Of a stretch of 64,000 bases of DNA, positions 17,218-29,500 are shown one piece after another. The DNA lies in assembly GCA_024401535.1 (NCBI GenBank), contig JAKSKX010000005.1:85558-149557 (forward strand), read 5' to 3'. How positions within the stretch are numbered: the stretch's first letter is position 1; every line of letters starts with the position of its first letter. This DNA comes from Paludibacteraceae bacterium (GTDB lineage Bacteria > Bacteroidota > Bacteroidia > Bacteroidales > Paludibacteraceae). The notes beneath the pieces are model-generated. The model made no database searches, was not told where the DNA came from, and was given only the letters and a program-made list of their open reading frames with translations. The position numbers were made by a program, and so were the translations under genes.

Positions 17218-20200
17218 ATGAAGAAATTTTTACTATCATTGTTTGGACTTGCATGTCTTGGAACTGCTTCGGCAGACACATATATGCATGTAGATTATAA
17301 TGGAAAGACAGACAGCTATAACGCTGACGATGTTGTCGAGGTAACTTTCGAGGAGAGAAAGAAAGAAGTTCCGCATGGTGTTTCAGTTTCTGGCACACAT
17401 GGTGGTTACGAGTATGTGGATCTAGGCCTTCCAAGTGGTATTATGTGGGCTACTTATAATATTGGAGCGACAAAGCCAGAGGAGTCAGGTGATTTCTTTG
17501 CTTGGGGAGAGACTGAGCCTAAGGATGTGTACTCTCATGATAGTTACAAGTGGTTTAAATCTTATAAAATAACTAAATATTCAGTAACTGGAACCTCAAC
17601 ACACAAGGATTATGAAGTGGATAGTTTAACGACTCTTCTTCCTGAGGATGACGCAGCAATTGTAAATTGGAAAGGAGATTGGAGAATGCCAAGTGCTGCA
17701 GACTTTAGTGAATTGCTGGCTTATACTGAATGGGAAAAAGTGTCAGATGAGGATGGCGTTTTTATAGGTCGTTTGATGACAAGTAAAATCAACGGAAACA
17801 CAATATTCTTCCCTAATGGAGGACACCAACAAGGTGATGTTGTCTATGAAAGTGTCACATTCTATTTATCAAACGAACTAAATACTAAATCTAGTAGCTG
17901 GGAGAATGTTGCACTAGTTGTTTCTTCTACTAGTAATAGTATTGGGTATAGCCCTCGTCATGAAGGTTATAAAATTCGTCCAGTATATCAGGGAGAAAGT
18001 GAGTCAGAGAAACCTCAAACATACATGATTGTTCATTTCAAGAGAGACGGGTCTAACTATGAAGATACTAAGGAGTACCTTTTGGACGATGTCAAGGATG
18101 TAAGGTTTGTACTTGGCGATGAATTGAGCTATCCAGTTTCTGGCGAAGTTGACGGTTATGAATATGTTGACCTTGGTTTGCCAAGTGGGACAAAGTGGGC
18201 TACTATGAATATAGGTGCCAAACAACCTGATGGAAGTGGTTGTTATTATTCATGGGGAGAAGTTAGGACTAAGGAAGTATATTCAAAGTCAGAATTTTCT
18301 ATTTCCGGTAATTATAATACACTGCAGAATGATGGAGTGCTAGATTTGAATGGTATGTTGAGTGCATCATACGACGCTGCAAATCAGAATTGGAGTGAGA
18401 ACTGGAGAATGCCAACATTTGATGAGTTCGACGAATTGATTGAAAATTGTAATTGGGAATGGACAACGTTCAACGGAGTTGTAGGTTACAAGGTAATTAG
18501 CAAGGAGAATGGTAAATGGATATTCCTTCCTGCATCTAACGGGCAAACTGACAAGGGAACTATCAGCTCTGATGTGAAGGGCTTTTATTGGACTTCTCAA
18601 ATGCCACAAAGATCAACTACTGTAGATAAGACATCGTTCTCGCTAGTATTCGATGAAAAAAACATGTACCTCCAATCTAATTATAATAGTAGTTACTCTG
18701 GACTAACAGTTCGTCCTGTAGTTGGCAAAGCCAGCGTGACAATCGCTAAAACATTCTCGGTTAAGTTCCTTGATATGGATGGCGCTCTCATCGAAAGTCA
18801 AAAGGTAGATGAAGGCAATAGTGCCGTAGCACCTGAAGTGCCTGTGGTATGTGGCTATAAGTTCAAAGGCTGGGACAAGTCATTCGAAAATGTCAAGTCT
18901 GATTTGATAGTCAATGCGGTTTATGATGAACTTGATGTAGAGGTTGTCAATGGTCATGAATTTGTAGATCTCGGTTTGCCAAGCGGAACGAAATGGGCAA
19001 AATATAATATTGGTGCAACAAAGTCAGATATATTTGGAGAGGGTTACCATTGGGGAGCAACAGAGATATCATCAAATGGTTATTTTAATGGTATAAGATA
19101 CATAGATGAGGCGCAAACAAAAGGATACTTGGATTCAAATGGAGATCTTGTTGCTGCTTATGATATAGCCACTCAGCTTTGGGGCGAGAACTGTAAAATG
19201 CCAACTAAGGCAGATTTTGAGGAACTTTTAGCATATTGCGATTGGGAGTTGACAACAATGTATGGAAAGAAAGGTTACAAGGTATCATCCAAGTCATCAG
19301 CAAGTGATGGATGTAATTATATTTTCTTTCCCACAATGTATACTACGCTTGGAATGGAAATAGGAGAGGATTTTGAATATTTGGGAGCATATTGGAGTAG
19401 TTCTACAGATAGTGATCGTTATATATATGCATTATCCGCAACTGAAAATGAAGTAGAAATAGTTCCTATAGTAGATGAAGGAATTTTTTGGGTTCGTCCT
19501 ATAGTGGGTAATGCCAGCGAGACAATCGCGAAATCATTCTCGGTTAAGTTCCTTGATATGGATGGTGCTCTCATCGAAAGTCAAAAGGTAGATGAAGGCA
19601 ATAGTGCTGTAGCACCTGAAGTGCCTGTGGTATGTGGCTATAAGTTCAAAGGCTGGGACAAGTCATTCGAAAATGTCAAGTCTGATTTGATAGTCAATGC
19701 GGTTTATGATGAACTTGATGTAGAGGTTGTCAATGGTCATGAATTTGTAGATCTCGGTTTGCCAAGCGGAACGAAATGGGCAAAATATAATATTGGTGCA
19801 ACAAAGTCAGATATATTTGGAGAGGGTTACCATTGGGGAGCAACAGAGATATCATCAAATGGTTATTTTAATGGTATAAGATACATAGATGAGGCGCAAA
19901 CAAAAGGATACTTGGATTCAAATGGAGATCTTGTTGCTGCTTATGATATAGCCACTCAGCTTTGGGGCGAGAACTGTAAAATGCCAACTAAGGCAGATTT
20001 TGAGGAACTTTTAGCATATTGCGATTGGGAGTTGACAACAATGTATGGAAAGAAAGGTTACAAGGTATCATCCAAGTCATCAGCAAGTGATGGATGTAAT
20101 TATATTTTCTTTCCCACAATGTATACTACGCTTGGAATGGAAATAGGAGAGGATTTTGAATATTTGGGAGCATATTGGAGTAGTTCTACAGATAGTGATC

Positions 20201-20301
20201 GTTATATATATGCTTTATCTGCAACTGAAAATGAAGTAAAAATAGTTCCTATAGTAGATGATGGAATTTTTTGGGTTCGTCCTATTCTGAATCAGAAATA
20301 A
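17218..20301 (+). CDS. Large secreted repeat protein: four 'VDLGLPSG..W...N.GA' domains (DUF1566/Fibrobacter-paralogous-like) plus two Listeria-Bacteroides (InlB B-repeat-like) repeats
   Basis: Signal peptide MKKFLLSLFGLACLGTASA. Four copies of (Y/F)VDLGLPSG(I/T)(M/K)WA.(Y/M)NIGA...W(G)E. Two copies of FSVKFLDMDG..GYKFKGWD, the Flg_new-type motif. Starts 3 nt after the upstream gene. Confidence 0.8.
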   Translation: MKKFLLSLFGLACLGTASADTYMHVDYNGKTDSYNADDVVEVTFEERKKEVPHGVSVSGTHGGYEYVDLGLPSGIMWATYNIGATKPEESGDFFAWGETEPKDVYSHDSYKWFKSYKITKYSVTGTSTHKDYEVDSLTTLLPEDDAAIVNWKGDWRMPSAADFSELLAYTEWEKVSDEDGVFIGRLMTSKINGNTIFFPNGGHQQGDVVYESVTFYLSNELNTKSSSWENVALVVSSTSNSIGYSPRHEGYKIRPVYQGESESEKPQTYMIVHFKRDGSNYEDTKEYLLDDVKDVRFVLGDELSYPVSGEVDGYEYVDLGLPSGTKWATMNIGAKQPDGSGCYYSWGEVRTKEVYSKSEFSISGNYNTLQNDGVLDLNGMLSASYDAANQNWSENWRMPTFDEFDELIENCNWEWTTFNGVVGYKVISKENGKWIFLPASNGQTDKGTISSDVKGFYWTSQMPQRSTTVDKTSFSLVFDEKNMYLQSNYNSSYSGLTVRPVVGKASVTIAKTFSVKFLDMDGALIESQKVDEGNSAVAPEVPVVCGYKFKGWDKSFENVKSDLIVNAVYDELDVEVVNGHEFVDLGLPSGTKWAKYNIGATKSDIFGEGYHWGATEISSNGYFNGIRYIDEAQTKGYLDSNGDLVAAYDIATQLWGENCKMPTKADFEELLAYCDWELTTMYGKKGYKVSSKSSASDGCNYIFFPTMYTTLGMEIGEDFEYLGAYWSSSTDSDRYIYALSATENEVEIVPIVDEGIFWVRPIVGNASETIAKSFSVKFLDMDGALIESQKVDEGNSAVAPEVPVVCGYKFKGWDKSFENVKSDLIVNAVYDELDVEVVNGHEFVDLGLPSGTKWAKYNIGATKSDIFGEGYHWGATEISSNGYFNGIRYIDEAQTKGYLDSNGDLVAAYDIATQLWGENCKMPTKADFEELLAYCDWELTTMYGKKGYKVSSKSSASDGCNYIFFPTMYTTLGMEIGEDFEYLGAYWSSSTDSDRYIYALSATENEVKIVPIVDDGIFWVRPILNQK
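18709..20283 (+). repeat. In-frame tandem duplication, two 783-bp (261-codon) units (18709-19491, 19492-20274) plus a 9-nt start of a third
   Basis: I compared the units by eye. From about 18754/19537 onward they differ at only about six positions (ggc/ggt, gcc/gct, gca tta tcc/gct tta tct, gaa/aaa, gaa/gat). Confidence 0.95.
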
Positions 20302-20326
20302 TTATTGTAAAGCATAATTAGTTTGA

Positions 20327-20366
20327 AAAGTAGTCGTATGGCAACATGCGACTACTTTCTTTGTTT
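20327..20366 (+). terminator. 14-bp hairpin with GCAA tetraloop plus U-rich tract after the repeat-protein gene
   Basis: AAAGTAGTCGTATG GCAA CATGCGACTACTTT then ctttgtttg. Contains one U-G pair that is valid only in the plus-strand RNA. Confidence 0.65.
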
Positions 20367-20463
20367 GAGCAGGCGTGGGATGTCTATTCCTTGTTGTTAT
20401 GTGCGAGAGTTGACAATTATCGGCGAATAGTTGAATTTTTGGCTGATGTATCGATATTTTTAG

Positions 20464-20471
20464 TAACTTTG
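20464..20471 (+). promoter_or_regulatory. -7 promoter box TAACTTTG upstream of the giant adhesin gene
   Basis: Exact TAnnTTTG match, 59 nt upstream of the ATG at 20531 and downstream of the preceding terminator. Confidence 0.5.
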
Positions 20472-20530
20472 GCACGAAATTAGCTTCTTTTATAGAAGAT
20501 ATTGAAACATTAAGAGTTGTTAGGGTAACA

Positions 20531-23500
20531 ATGAGGAAATTTGTTGTAGCATTTATATTTTGCTTGTGCGCCTTTGTCGGTATGCATGCCGAGACTTTGT
20601 CTCCAGAAAAGAAATTCGACGGTAATATTGGTTTCATAACCGTAGGAAACACAAACCATAAGTTGGCTGGTGATGTCGTGCCTGGTGCTATTGATAGAGA
20701 TCGTTCAAAGGAGAATGGAGAAATAGTTCCCATCAATGTGGCAAATTTGTTCAGCGGCACAACAACCAATGCCAACTACGCTGAATTTGTTGTAGATATT
20801 CCCAAAGAGATAACATGTGAGGACGAGATAGAAATCTTGTATGCAAGCTTGTTTTGGGGCGGACGACATAAGACTTCAGGAAATGAAAGTGTAAGGATTA
20901 TGGTTACGGATTCTGTCGGCGACAAGATTGCAGGAATAAATGACAGTCTAGTAAGGACAGCTGCTGTAGATGTGCCGGTCAACGGTAAAAACAGAGGTGT
21001 CTATTCGTGTCATGCAGAAGTGACAAATTACATAAAAAAGGCTGTAAACGTAAATACTGATGATCGTCGATACCGTTTCTATGTGGCTGATTTGAACACT
21101 TCCAGTACAGAGGTTGGAAGTGGAGCAGAAATCGGTAAATTCAGCGGTTGGACCCTTAATATTGTCTATAAGCACAAGGGATTGCCTGAACGCTCAATTT
21201 ATATATTCCAGCCAAACATGATGGGTGACGTTTCCGGTACAGAAGGAGTTGAGGGAGGTGAAGGTCGTACAGATTTGTTTGTGAAATTAGGATTGGGTGA
21301 TAATTTTAAGGTTCTCAAAGATCAAGACATTAGCTTTGTTTCTACGTTCCTTGGTGCTTATCGTACAGAGGTAAAGGATAGAATTATTGCTAACGGTGAC
21401 AATAAGGGATCAATTAAAAGTCAAGATTTATTTGTAAGTCCAGGAACCGAGGGCAACTGCTTTGACAATACTATAAGCTATTCTTATGAGTTTGAAAGCG
21501 GATCCGTTAAATCTGAAGAAGCCTATACGCGTGGTTATGACCTGAAGGCAATATCGTCAAATTTGAATTCTTGTTTAGATACTGCCAACAGGACATTCAA
21601 TTTCTTTGTGGGACTATTGCCTGAGATCCATTTCTTTACTGACGCTGTATTGATGTTCGGACAGCCGGATATTCCCGGCGTAGTTGCTCAGGATGTTAGT
21701 CCTAGTAATGTCAAGCCGAACGAGTCATTCAATTATTCGCTTTTTGTTGGTCTGCACCAGAATACCGAGCAGCTTGACAATATCAATGTTCGTATTCCTT
21801 TGACAGAATACGTGGACTATGTCGAGGATGTAAAGTTGAAGATTGTTGATGCTCAGGGGGAGTCGTACTATGTCAAGCTAGTGAATAAAATGGACATGTC
21901 GCTCGAATGGAAGGATAGAGAGTACAGGATATTGGCAAATAGCGTTAGTTTTACAAGTAATTCCAAGACTACATGGTCTAAGGACAATAAGTCTGACAGA
22001 GAAAATCTTTTCAATCCGGCACTTAGAAATGCCATGTTCGTGACTGACAGTCTTAATTTGGTTGCATTCCTTGATGATCCTCTGTCTGTAAAACAAAGGG
22101 TGTTGAAGATTTCTTTCGATTCAATTCGTTCGCTTGGAGTTGACGATGATCATGCCATAGAGATAGAGTTGACTCTTCATTCCAAGTCAGAGACAGACTG
22201 GGCATATCAGAAGAACCACCTTTTGGCAAACAGAGAACTTCCTATGCTTCAGCAGAGCGAAGTGACATTCCATACACCTTCGGACAGAAATTCTGTGCTC
22301 CAGAGCATGGACACAGATAACAAGTATAATAAAAAAGGTAAATTCGACTGGTCAACCTATATATGTGACCAGAAAGGCCGTGGCGGTATAGGCGCCGGCG
22401 GTGGTGGAGATCTTGATTTAGGCGGAGGAGGCAATGGCCGTTGCGAAAAGAGCGGCTATACAAGGGAAGATGCGGCAAAAGGCGGTGTCTTTACAAAAGA
22501 TACTACCCACGTCAGTATCAACGTCAAGCCTAATGGGGAATTCTGTCCAAAGTTCACTCTTCCCGATGCGCTTGAATTTAGCTTCTGCGAGAATACAGAG
22601 GTTTCAGCTGCCGGCATCAAGGAAATCTTGAAAGTAAGATATAGGGCCGATTTGGATTCACTTGCCAAGCGTGATTCGTTGATATGGCTTGAAGCAAAGC
22701 AGGCAATGGTCTATGACTATATCAAGAAGTACGGTGTTACTCGCCAGGAGATGGAGGGCCTTGTCAACTTTAACAGCGTAAGTGCAACGACAGATAGAAT
22801 TGTAAACCTTTCTTCGTGTGGTGCCGGCACCCCTGTATATGACAGAGGTCTTGACAGCATCATGAACATGAAGATTGAGTACTCGGACATCTTCTTGTTC
22901 TATAATTCACCTGCAGTCGGAGATTTGTATGACACTCCTAAGGATTCAGTATCTTTGCGCAAGTTGAGAGGAGACGGAAAGAGCTGGGTGTTCACTGACT
23001 CCCTTGACCTGTACATGTACTACAAGTCTCCTTGGGATAATGGTGCCTGCAACAAGTTTATACCTGTCAAGATCAGATCGTTCAAGAACAATGCTCCTGT
23101 AGTTCAGTACGGAGGTTCAACACTGCCTGCAAAGGGAGATACAACTATTCGTGTATGTCTTGACTCAAATCTTGACCCATTCAAGGTAATCAAGCAGAGC
23201 GCTACACATGACATCTACGTCTCTATTGACGGAGGTGAATCAAAGCCAATAAATGTTGATCCGGTAAAAGAGTTCGACTGGATATTAAAGGAGTCTGAAC
23301 TTGACACAAAGCAGAGCGGAACCAAGAAGTTCATAGTGTATGGCAAGGATATGGACTGCTATACTGACACGCTGCACTTTAGCATCACTGTAAGTGAAAC
23401 TAAGATTACAGAAGTTCCTGAAATAGCAAGAATCGAGGGCGACGAGTTGAATGGTGACGTCCAAATGATAAAGATTTGTAAGAGCAGAGAGGAACTTGAC

Positions 23501-26500
23501 TCTCTTACCATTAACCTTCTTGATCCTATTCCAAGTTACGAAGCGGTTTGGACTGCCAAGACAGACACTTCACTTGTGGCTTTAGGAAAGGGTAACTCAA
23601 TCAATGTTCAAAAGGATGTTGTGGGTACTACATATTACTCTGTAGTGTATGCTAATGATGATTGTGTAGGAGACTTGAAGGATGAAATCAGAGTGGAGAT
23701 TCTTCCTTTGCCGGACACATTAAGCCCTGACACATTCGCAATATGCTATAACTACGAGCTCACATCAACCGACTTGAGCAATGCGGCACAGAGAAGTGTT
23801 GTACAGAGCGGCGTGACTCTTTCGTACTATGACAACCTTGCAAAGGCGGAGGCTAACCAGCCGACTGAAGTCGAGGATATGGCTAAGTCTCTTAACAGAG
23901 ATGTCTTGAATAGCGGTTACACACCTTACTATGTCAGAGTTTATGACAATAACGAATGTTATAGCGTTCCTACTCGCAACGAGATCAAGAGAAACCAGTT
24001 CGATTTGACTGCGCCTAAGTTCCCTGTCGATGTCAAGGGCGTACTCGTGGATTCTGCATTGGTTTGTCTAGGAGCACAGCCTAAGGAAAACCTTAACGAG
24101 TATTTGAGCGAGGAAGAAACAGCTAAGGTGGATGGTGCTGTCAAACAGCCTAAATGGATGTGGGTTCACAGCATATCGAACATTCCTGAATATACTCCTA
24201 CTTCAACATTATACAGTAATGTCAGAGATTCGTATTCCTCGTACCTTGACGGAACAGCGGCAGGACACGATACAATGTATGTTGTCAGAGTGGATTCCAA
24301 CAGCTGTATAAGCGAGCCGAAGCAGTTCAGACTTCATGTGGATTCAAATATCACAACTTTGCCGTATGTGGATGATCCTTTGATGCCGCGCAACGGGTTG
24401 AGCCGTCTTGATTTGAACTATTGCCAGTACAAGGAGAAGTACAAGTCAGGATACATTCCTGCATGGGGAACGGAGCCAGGCTATATTGTCGAGTGGTATA
24501 AGGTTGACAGCCTTACTCAATTTGTCGAGGATACTGTGGTGACAAAACCTTTCGCAGAGATTTCATTCGATTATCCGGACACTTTGCTATACAAGGTTAG
24601 ACAAAGTACTGCGTTGGGCTGTCATGGAAAGTGGCTGCCAGTCAGGGCAATGATTCATCCTGCGGTAACACTGACTCCGGAGGTGGATATGATAGAACTT
24701 TGTAAGGGAGCAGACCCTGTCGAAGTAGTCGTGAAAAACAAACCTGAGAACAAGGGTCTTTCCACATTCTTTGTAGAGGATGGTAAAGATAATGATGTTG
24801 AAAATTATCTTCTTAAACTCTATGTAAATGCTGATGAGGCCACACCAGAGGACCAGGAACCCGTTGTAAACGGATATGTCCTGTTCAAGAGCTCGACTAC
24901 TGGATGTACAAGTGATTCTACCCCAATCAAGTCGCGAATCCATGAGCTTCCTAAGAAGCCTGTTTCTGAATTCAAGACTAAAAATTTCTGTTTGGAGAGC
25001 GGCGATATAGATTTGGTTGATTTGTTCAAAGTGGAAACTGTAGCCGAAGATGTGAACTATAATTCAAACTCGTTGGTCTGGTCTTCTGTCCTAAGCCGTG
25101 AGCCGAAAGTCGATCCAACCGGAATACTTAGTTCATCAACTGCTTTGAGCAACTTCTTGGTTTCTGTAAAGCAGTATGATAACGAGACTGGTTGCGAGGG
25201 AGATACTATCAATTTGAGAATCAATGTTGACTCAACATTCTCTTATGTCCATTTCGATACAACTTTGTGCTACGGCCAGACTATGGAGTTGTGCCTTGAG
25301 GTGGCAAAGAGAATCAAACATAAGAAGAACTCTTATGTAACTTCCGATATAGATTTCAATGTCTATCCTTTGTCCGGAAACACTCCATCCCTTACACCTC
25401 TAGGCAAGAGTGACAAGGTCAAGTCTCCATACGAGCGTCACGAGAGCAAGCTGCAGAGATACTTGGTCAAGATTTGGGAAAAGGAGAGCGGTTGCGAGAT
25501 TGAGGACACACTAAGTCTTGAGTTCCGCGGTTTGCCTGTTGTCGAGATAAAGAACAGCATAGACACATGCAGCATGGCAGATTTCGTACTGCCAATTGTT
25601 ACAGAAAGAGCAGAGGACATTGTCGAGTGGTATCGTGAGGACAGCACACCGCACAGCGGCAGGAACATGTCTTTGGACAAGAGCGAGAAGCCATACGTGA
25701 TTGTTACTGACGAGTATGCTTGTAAGGATACTGCAACACTTGACGTAATAATTCATGTAAATCCTTTGAAGCCTTTGGTAAGTGATGCTGTTATATGTCA
25801 GCATTCCGGTATTGTAAACTTGAAGATGGACAACAATGTCGATCCTAGTTCAGAAAATACAGCAGCCAAGTTGAAACTTCTGGTTTACAACTATGACGAG
25901 ATGGAGAAAGGAAAGGAGGTCGATGCTTATGTGAATACAGACAAACTTGACTTTACATCCTCTGTCAAATCTTTGAAGTATATTGTACGCCAGGAGAACA
26001 TGCTTACTACATGTTTTGATACTGCGCATATCAATGTTACCGTACGCAGAAAGTACACACCAGAGATTCCTGACTTCGGCCCTACATGCAAGGATCAGGT
26101 GTTTGATATGGGCAAGTATGTTAACAATTATGTTTCAACAGAGCGTGCTTCCATTGGTATTGCCAATCTGTCAACCATTACACTTTCTTATGCTGACATG
26201 AACGGAGAGTTGAGCGAGGCGCAGACTGGAGCCATAGTTCGCCAGTTGGACTCGGACACTACTCTTTACTCGTTCAAGATTACTGACAACGACAAGGTAT
26301 GTGAAGTTGCCGACACGTTCATGGTAATCATAAATGAGATTCCTTCAGCTCCAATGATAGAGGAAGGTCAGGATTCTGTATTCCTTTGTGGTAATGGAGT
26401 TGCTCCGCTTGAGGTAAGCGCCAAGCCAACAAATAGCGATGCTACAAATCTTGATATCTGGTGGAGGGTGAACGGAACCGACTACAAGAGCGACACATAT

Positions 26501-29500
26501 ACTCTCGGCTCCGAGGTTAGCAAAGCCACATTAAAGTCTTATGTCAAGAACTCAAAGACTGGTTGCGAAAGTGACCTTAGCGAGATTGTTGCGACTGTAG
26601 TTCCTGTAATGGCTGCGAAGACTCTTGATTCGCTTATATTATGTGCAGGCGAAGAAGTGAATGTGTTCGAATATTTGAAGAAGTCGTTTGTTTACACTCC
26701 TGCATACACCTCGCGTATTGGATACAAGGTTACAGAGAACGGTATGCTTGTCAAAAACATAAGCGAGCTGACTAAGGCAAAGAAGACTGCCCATACTGTC
26801 AACAATTACGAGATAGAGATGATGGACACATTGACCGGATGTTCCGCCAAGAATACATTTAGAGTGGTTTGGGAGGATGCGGTCAACAATTCAATCTTGG
26901 CAAAGAATATTGCCTGTCAGGGTGATGACGCATCTTTAGTTGCTGTTGGCGAGTCAAGACCTCATACATTGAAGTGGGTAATCGACGGCGAACTTGTCGG
27001 AACAGAAAAGCAGTTGGATATAACTTCCTTGACAAAGACAACTGAAGTTAAGTTGATTACAAACATTTCGGGAACAGAGTGTAGTGACACCTTGACTCAT
27101 ACATTGACTGTATATGACACGCCTGAGAAGTTGGAGGATGTACCGACATTCAGATTCTGTCAGGCTAACGAAAGCCATGACATAACTTTGAATCATTCGG
27201 AGTATGAGATAGAGTGGACAAACGCAAGAGACGAGGTGAATGTTACTGAGTTCTATCCAGTGTCTGCTTCAAAGGATACTGCATTCGTTCTTCAGGCTAG
27301 ACTTATAAATAATGTCACTACTGGCAAGCTAGGAATGGATACAGTTTGTAGATCCACTCCAATAGATGTGAATGTTGAGGTTGTCAAGCATATAAATGTC
27401 TCATTGGCAGATACTAATGTTTGTGTTCCAAGCACATATAACCTTATGAAGGCAGTTCAACAGCCGGATCTGTCGTTGAAGGTTTACTCGATATCTCCAA
27501 AGGTTGAGGATTCGTTGGCTGTTAGCAAGTCTGCTCTTTACACCATCACGTACGAGGACAAGTGGCATTGCCAGACTTCCGCAACTACTGATGTCAGATT
27601 TATCAGCAAGCCGGATTCAGTAATCATAGCAAAGAACGGATTCAATATGTGTCTTGGCTCTGAAACTGTTGTCAAGCCGGTTGTCAGCGCTGGTCAGTAC
27701 GTTATCGAATGGACAAATACAAGAGACAAATCAAAGTTGATAAGCGACACTCTTGCCATATCGGCCGACAAGGAATCCGTATCTCCAATTATGTATGATG
27801 TTGTCAGAGTGGATACTATCTACGGTTGTCGAAGCGTTACAACACCATTCTCTTACAATGTAATGCCGAAGATATCAATCAATCCATATTCGGATCAGCA
27901 CGTCTGCGATTACGAGACTTTGGACATAGATTCGTTGTCCAAGTCAATATTCAATAACTTTGATGATCTTGAGGTTACAAACAAGGCACGCAAGGTTACT
28001 GATGACAAGACAAGTCTCTTGTTCTCTGCTGTCAATCCAGTATCTACATGTACTGCAGAGGTTTCTCTTGACATAATCACTCACCAGAGTCCAAAATTCT
28101 CGGTTACAGGAAATCATCCTGCTTGTCAGGGCGACACAGTCGTTCTAGAGGCAGTTGGCAGTGACCAATATTTCTGGGGTTATGAAGGCAATACAAACCG
28201 CGCCGCAAAATCTTTTGCAGTCACTAGCAAGGAGAACCAGGATGTGAATGTTGACCTTCGTGTTAAGTTGTTTGCACCTATAGATGGTGACAACAAGTAC
28301 TGTTATGCAGATACTTCAATAACAGTGTCATTTGCTAAGGTTCCTGAACTTGTTGGTGGCAAACTTGATACTGCTTATTGCCAGAACACTTTGATAAATG
28401 AGTTGCCGGAGATTGTTGCTACAGATCCAGCAGCAAGTATAGTATGGTATTCATATGCTGACAACTATACTGAGCCTTATGTTATCAAGTCATTGGATGA
28501 GGTTGCTGCTAGCAGCGGAGATTTCAACTACAAGTTCAAGCAGGTTCTAGGTATATGTTCAACAAAGCTTCAGAACTACACAATCAGGATTCAGCCTAGG
28601 ATTGAGGATGCTCCTGTTCTTCGAGATACAGTATATTGTATAGATGCTGATCCATTGCTGTTGTCTAAATCAGACTATAACAATCCATTGGTATCTTCTA
28701 TGTATGACTTGGAGTGGAGTGACAAAGAGGAGGTTGTTGTAGATGGAACAGCTCTTCCTTTGACTAATGAAGTAGGTGCAAAGATGTATTATGCGCGCTA
28801 TACTAAGGGCGTATGTAAGGGAGACGCTTCTACGATTGTTGTCAAGGTTGAGCCTCATTATCAGGACATGCCTTTGGTTGATGAACTTCAGAAGTTCTGC
28901 CCTAAAACAGGAACTTATGATTTGACGGCGAAGACAACAAACTCTTCTGCAAGACTTAATTGGTACTATGAGTTCAGTAACCAGCGTATGGACAACATAA
29001 CTATAGATACTGACCAGCCAAATTGGACAACTGCAACATACAAGGTTACTCAGTCCGTTCTTGACGGATGTGAGAGTATGCCAGCAGTGTTTACAGTCCA
29101 GTTGAAGAAGCCAGTGGCAGGAAGAGACACTTTGATAAAGAATATGTGCCTTGGCGACAAGTTCAGTATCGAGGAACTATTTGAAGAGTTGTCTGTAAGC
29201 GAGGTTATTGATGAAGTTAAGGATGACAAGAACAACATAATCGACCATATTATAGCAAGTGACGGTACTTACCATGTTGATGTGCATAACGAGGACGAAT
29301 GTAAGGCTCAGTTCAACGTGGCAGTCAAGACTTGGAGTGTTGGAGCCCCTATAGTTGAGGAACCTAAGGAACAGTATTGTGCCGGAGACAAAGTTCACGT
29401 TAGTGTAGTTGCTCCGAACGAAGTTGACTATCGTTGGTACAGCCAGAACGAGGACAAGATTGTAGGGTATGTTTCCACTATCAATACTGTGGCTGGAACT

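Noticed and set aside
20302-20775. A 157-aa minus-strand ORF spanning the giant-gene promoter and start.
   Set aside because: It overlaps the terminator, the promoter box and the first 80 codons of the giant CDS. It has no start context or motif, so it is spurious.
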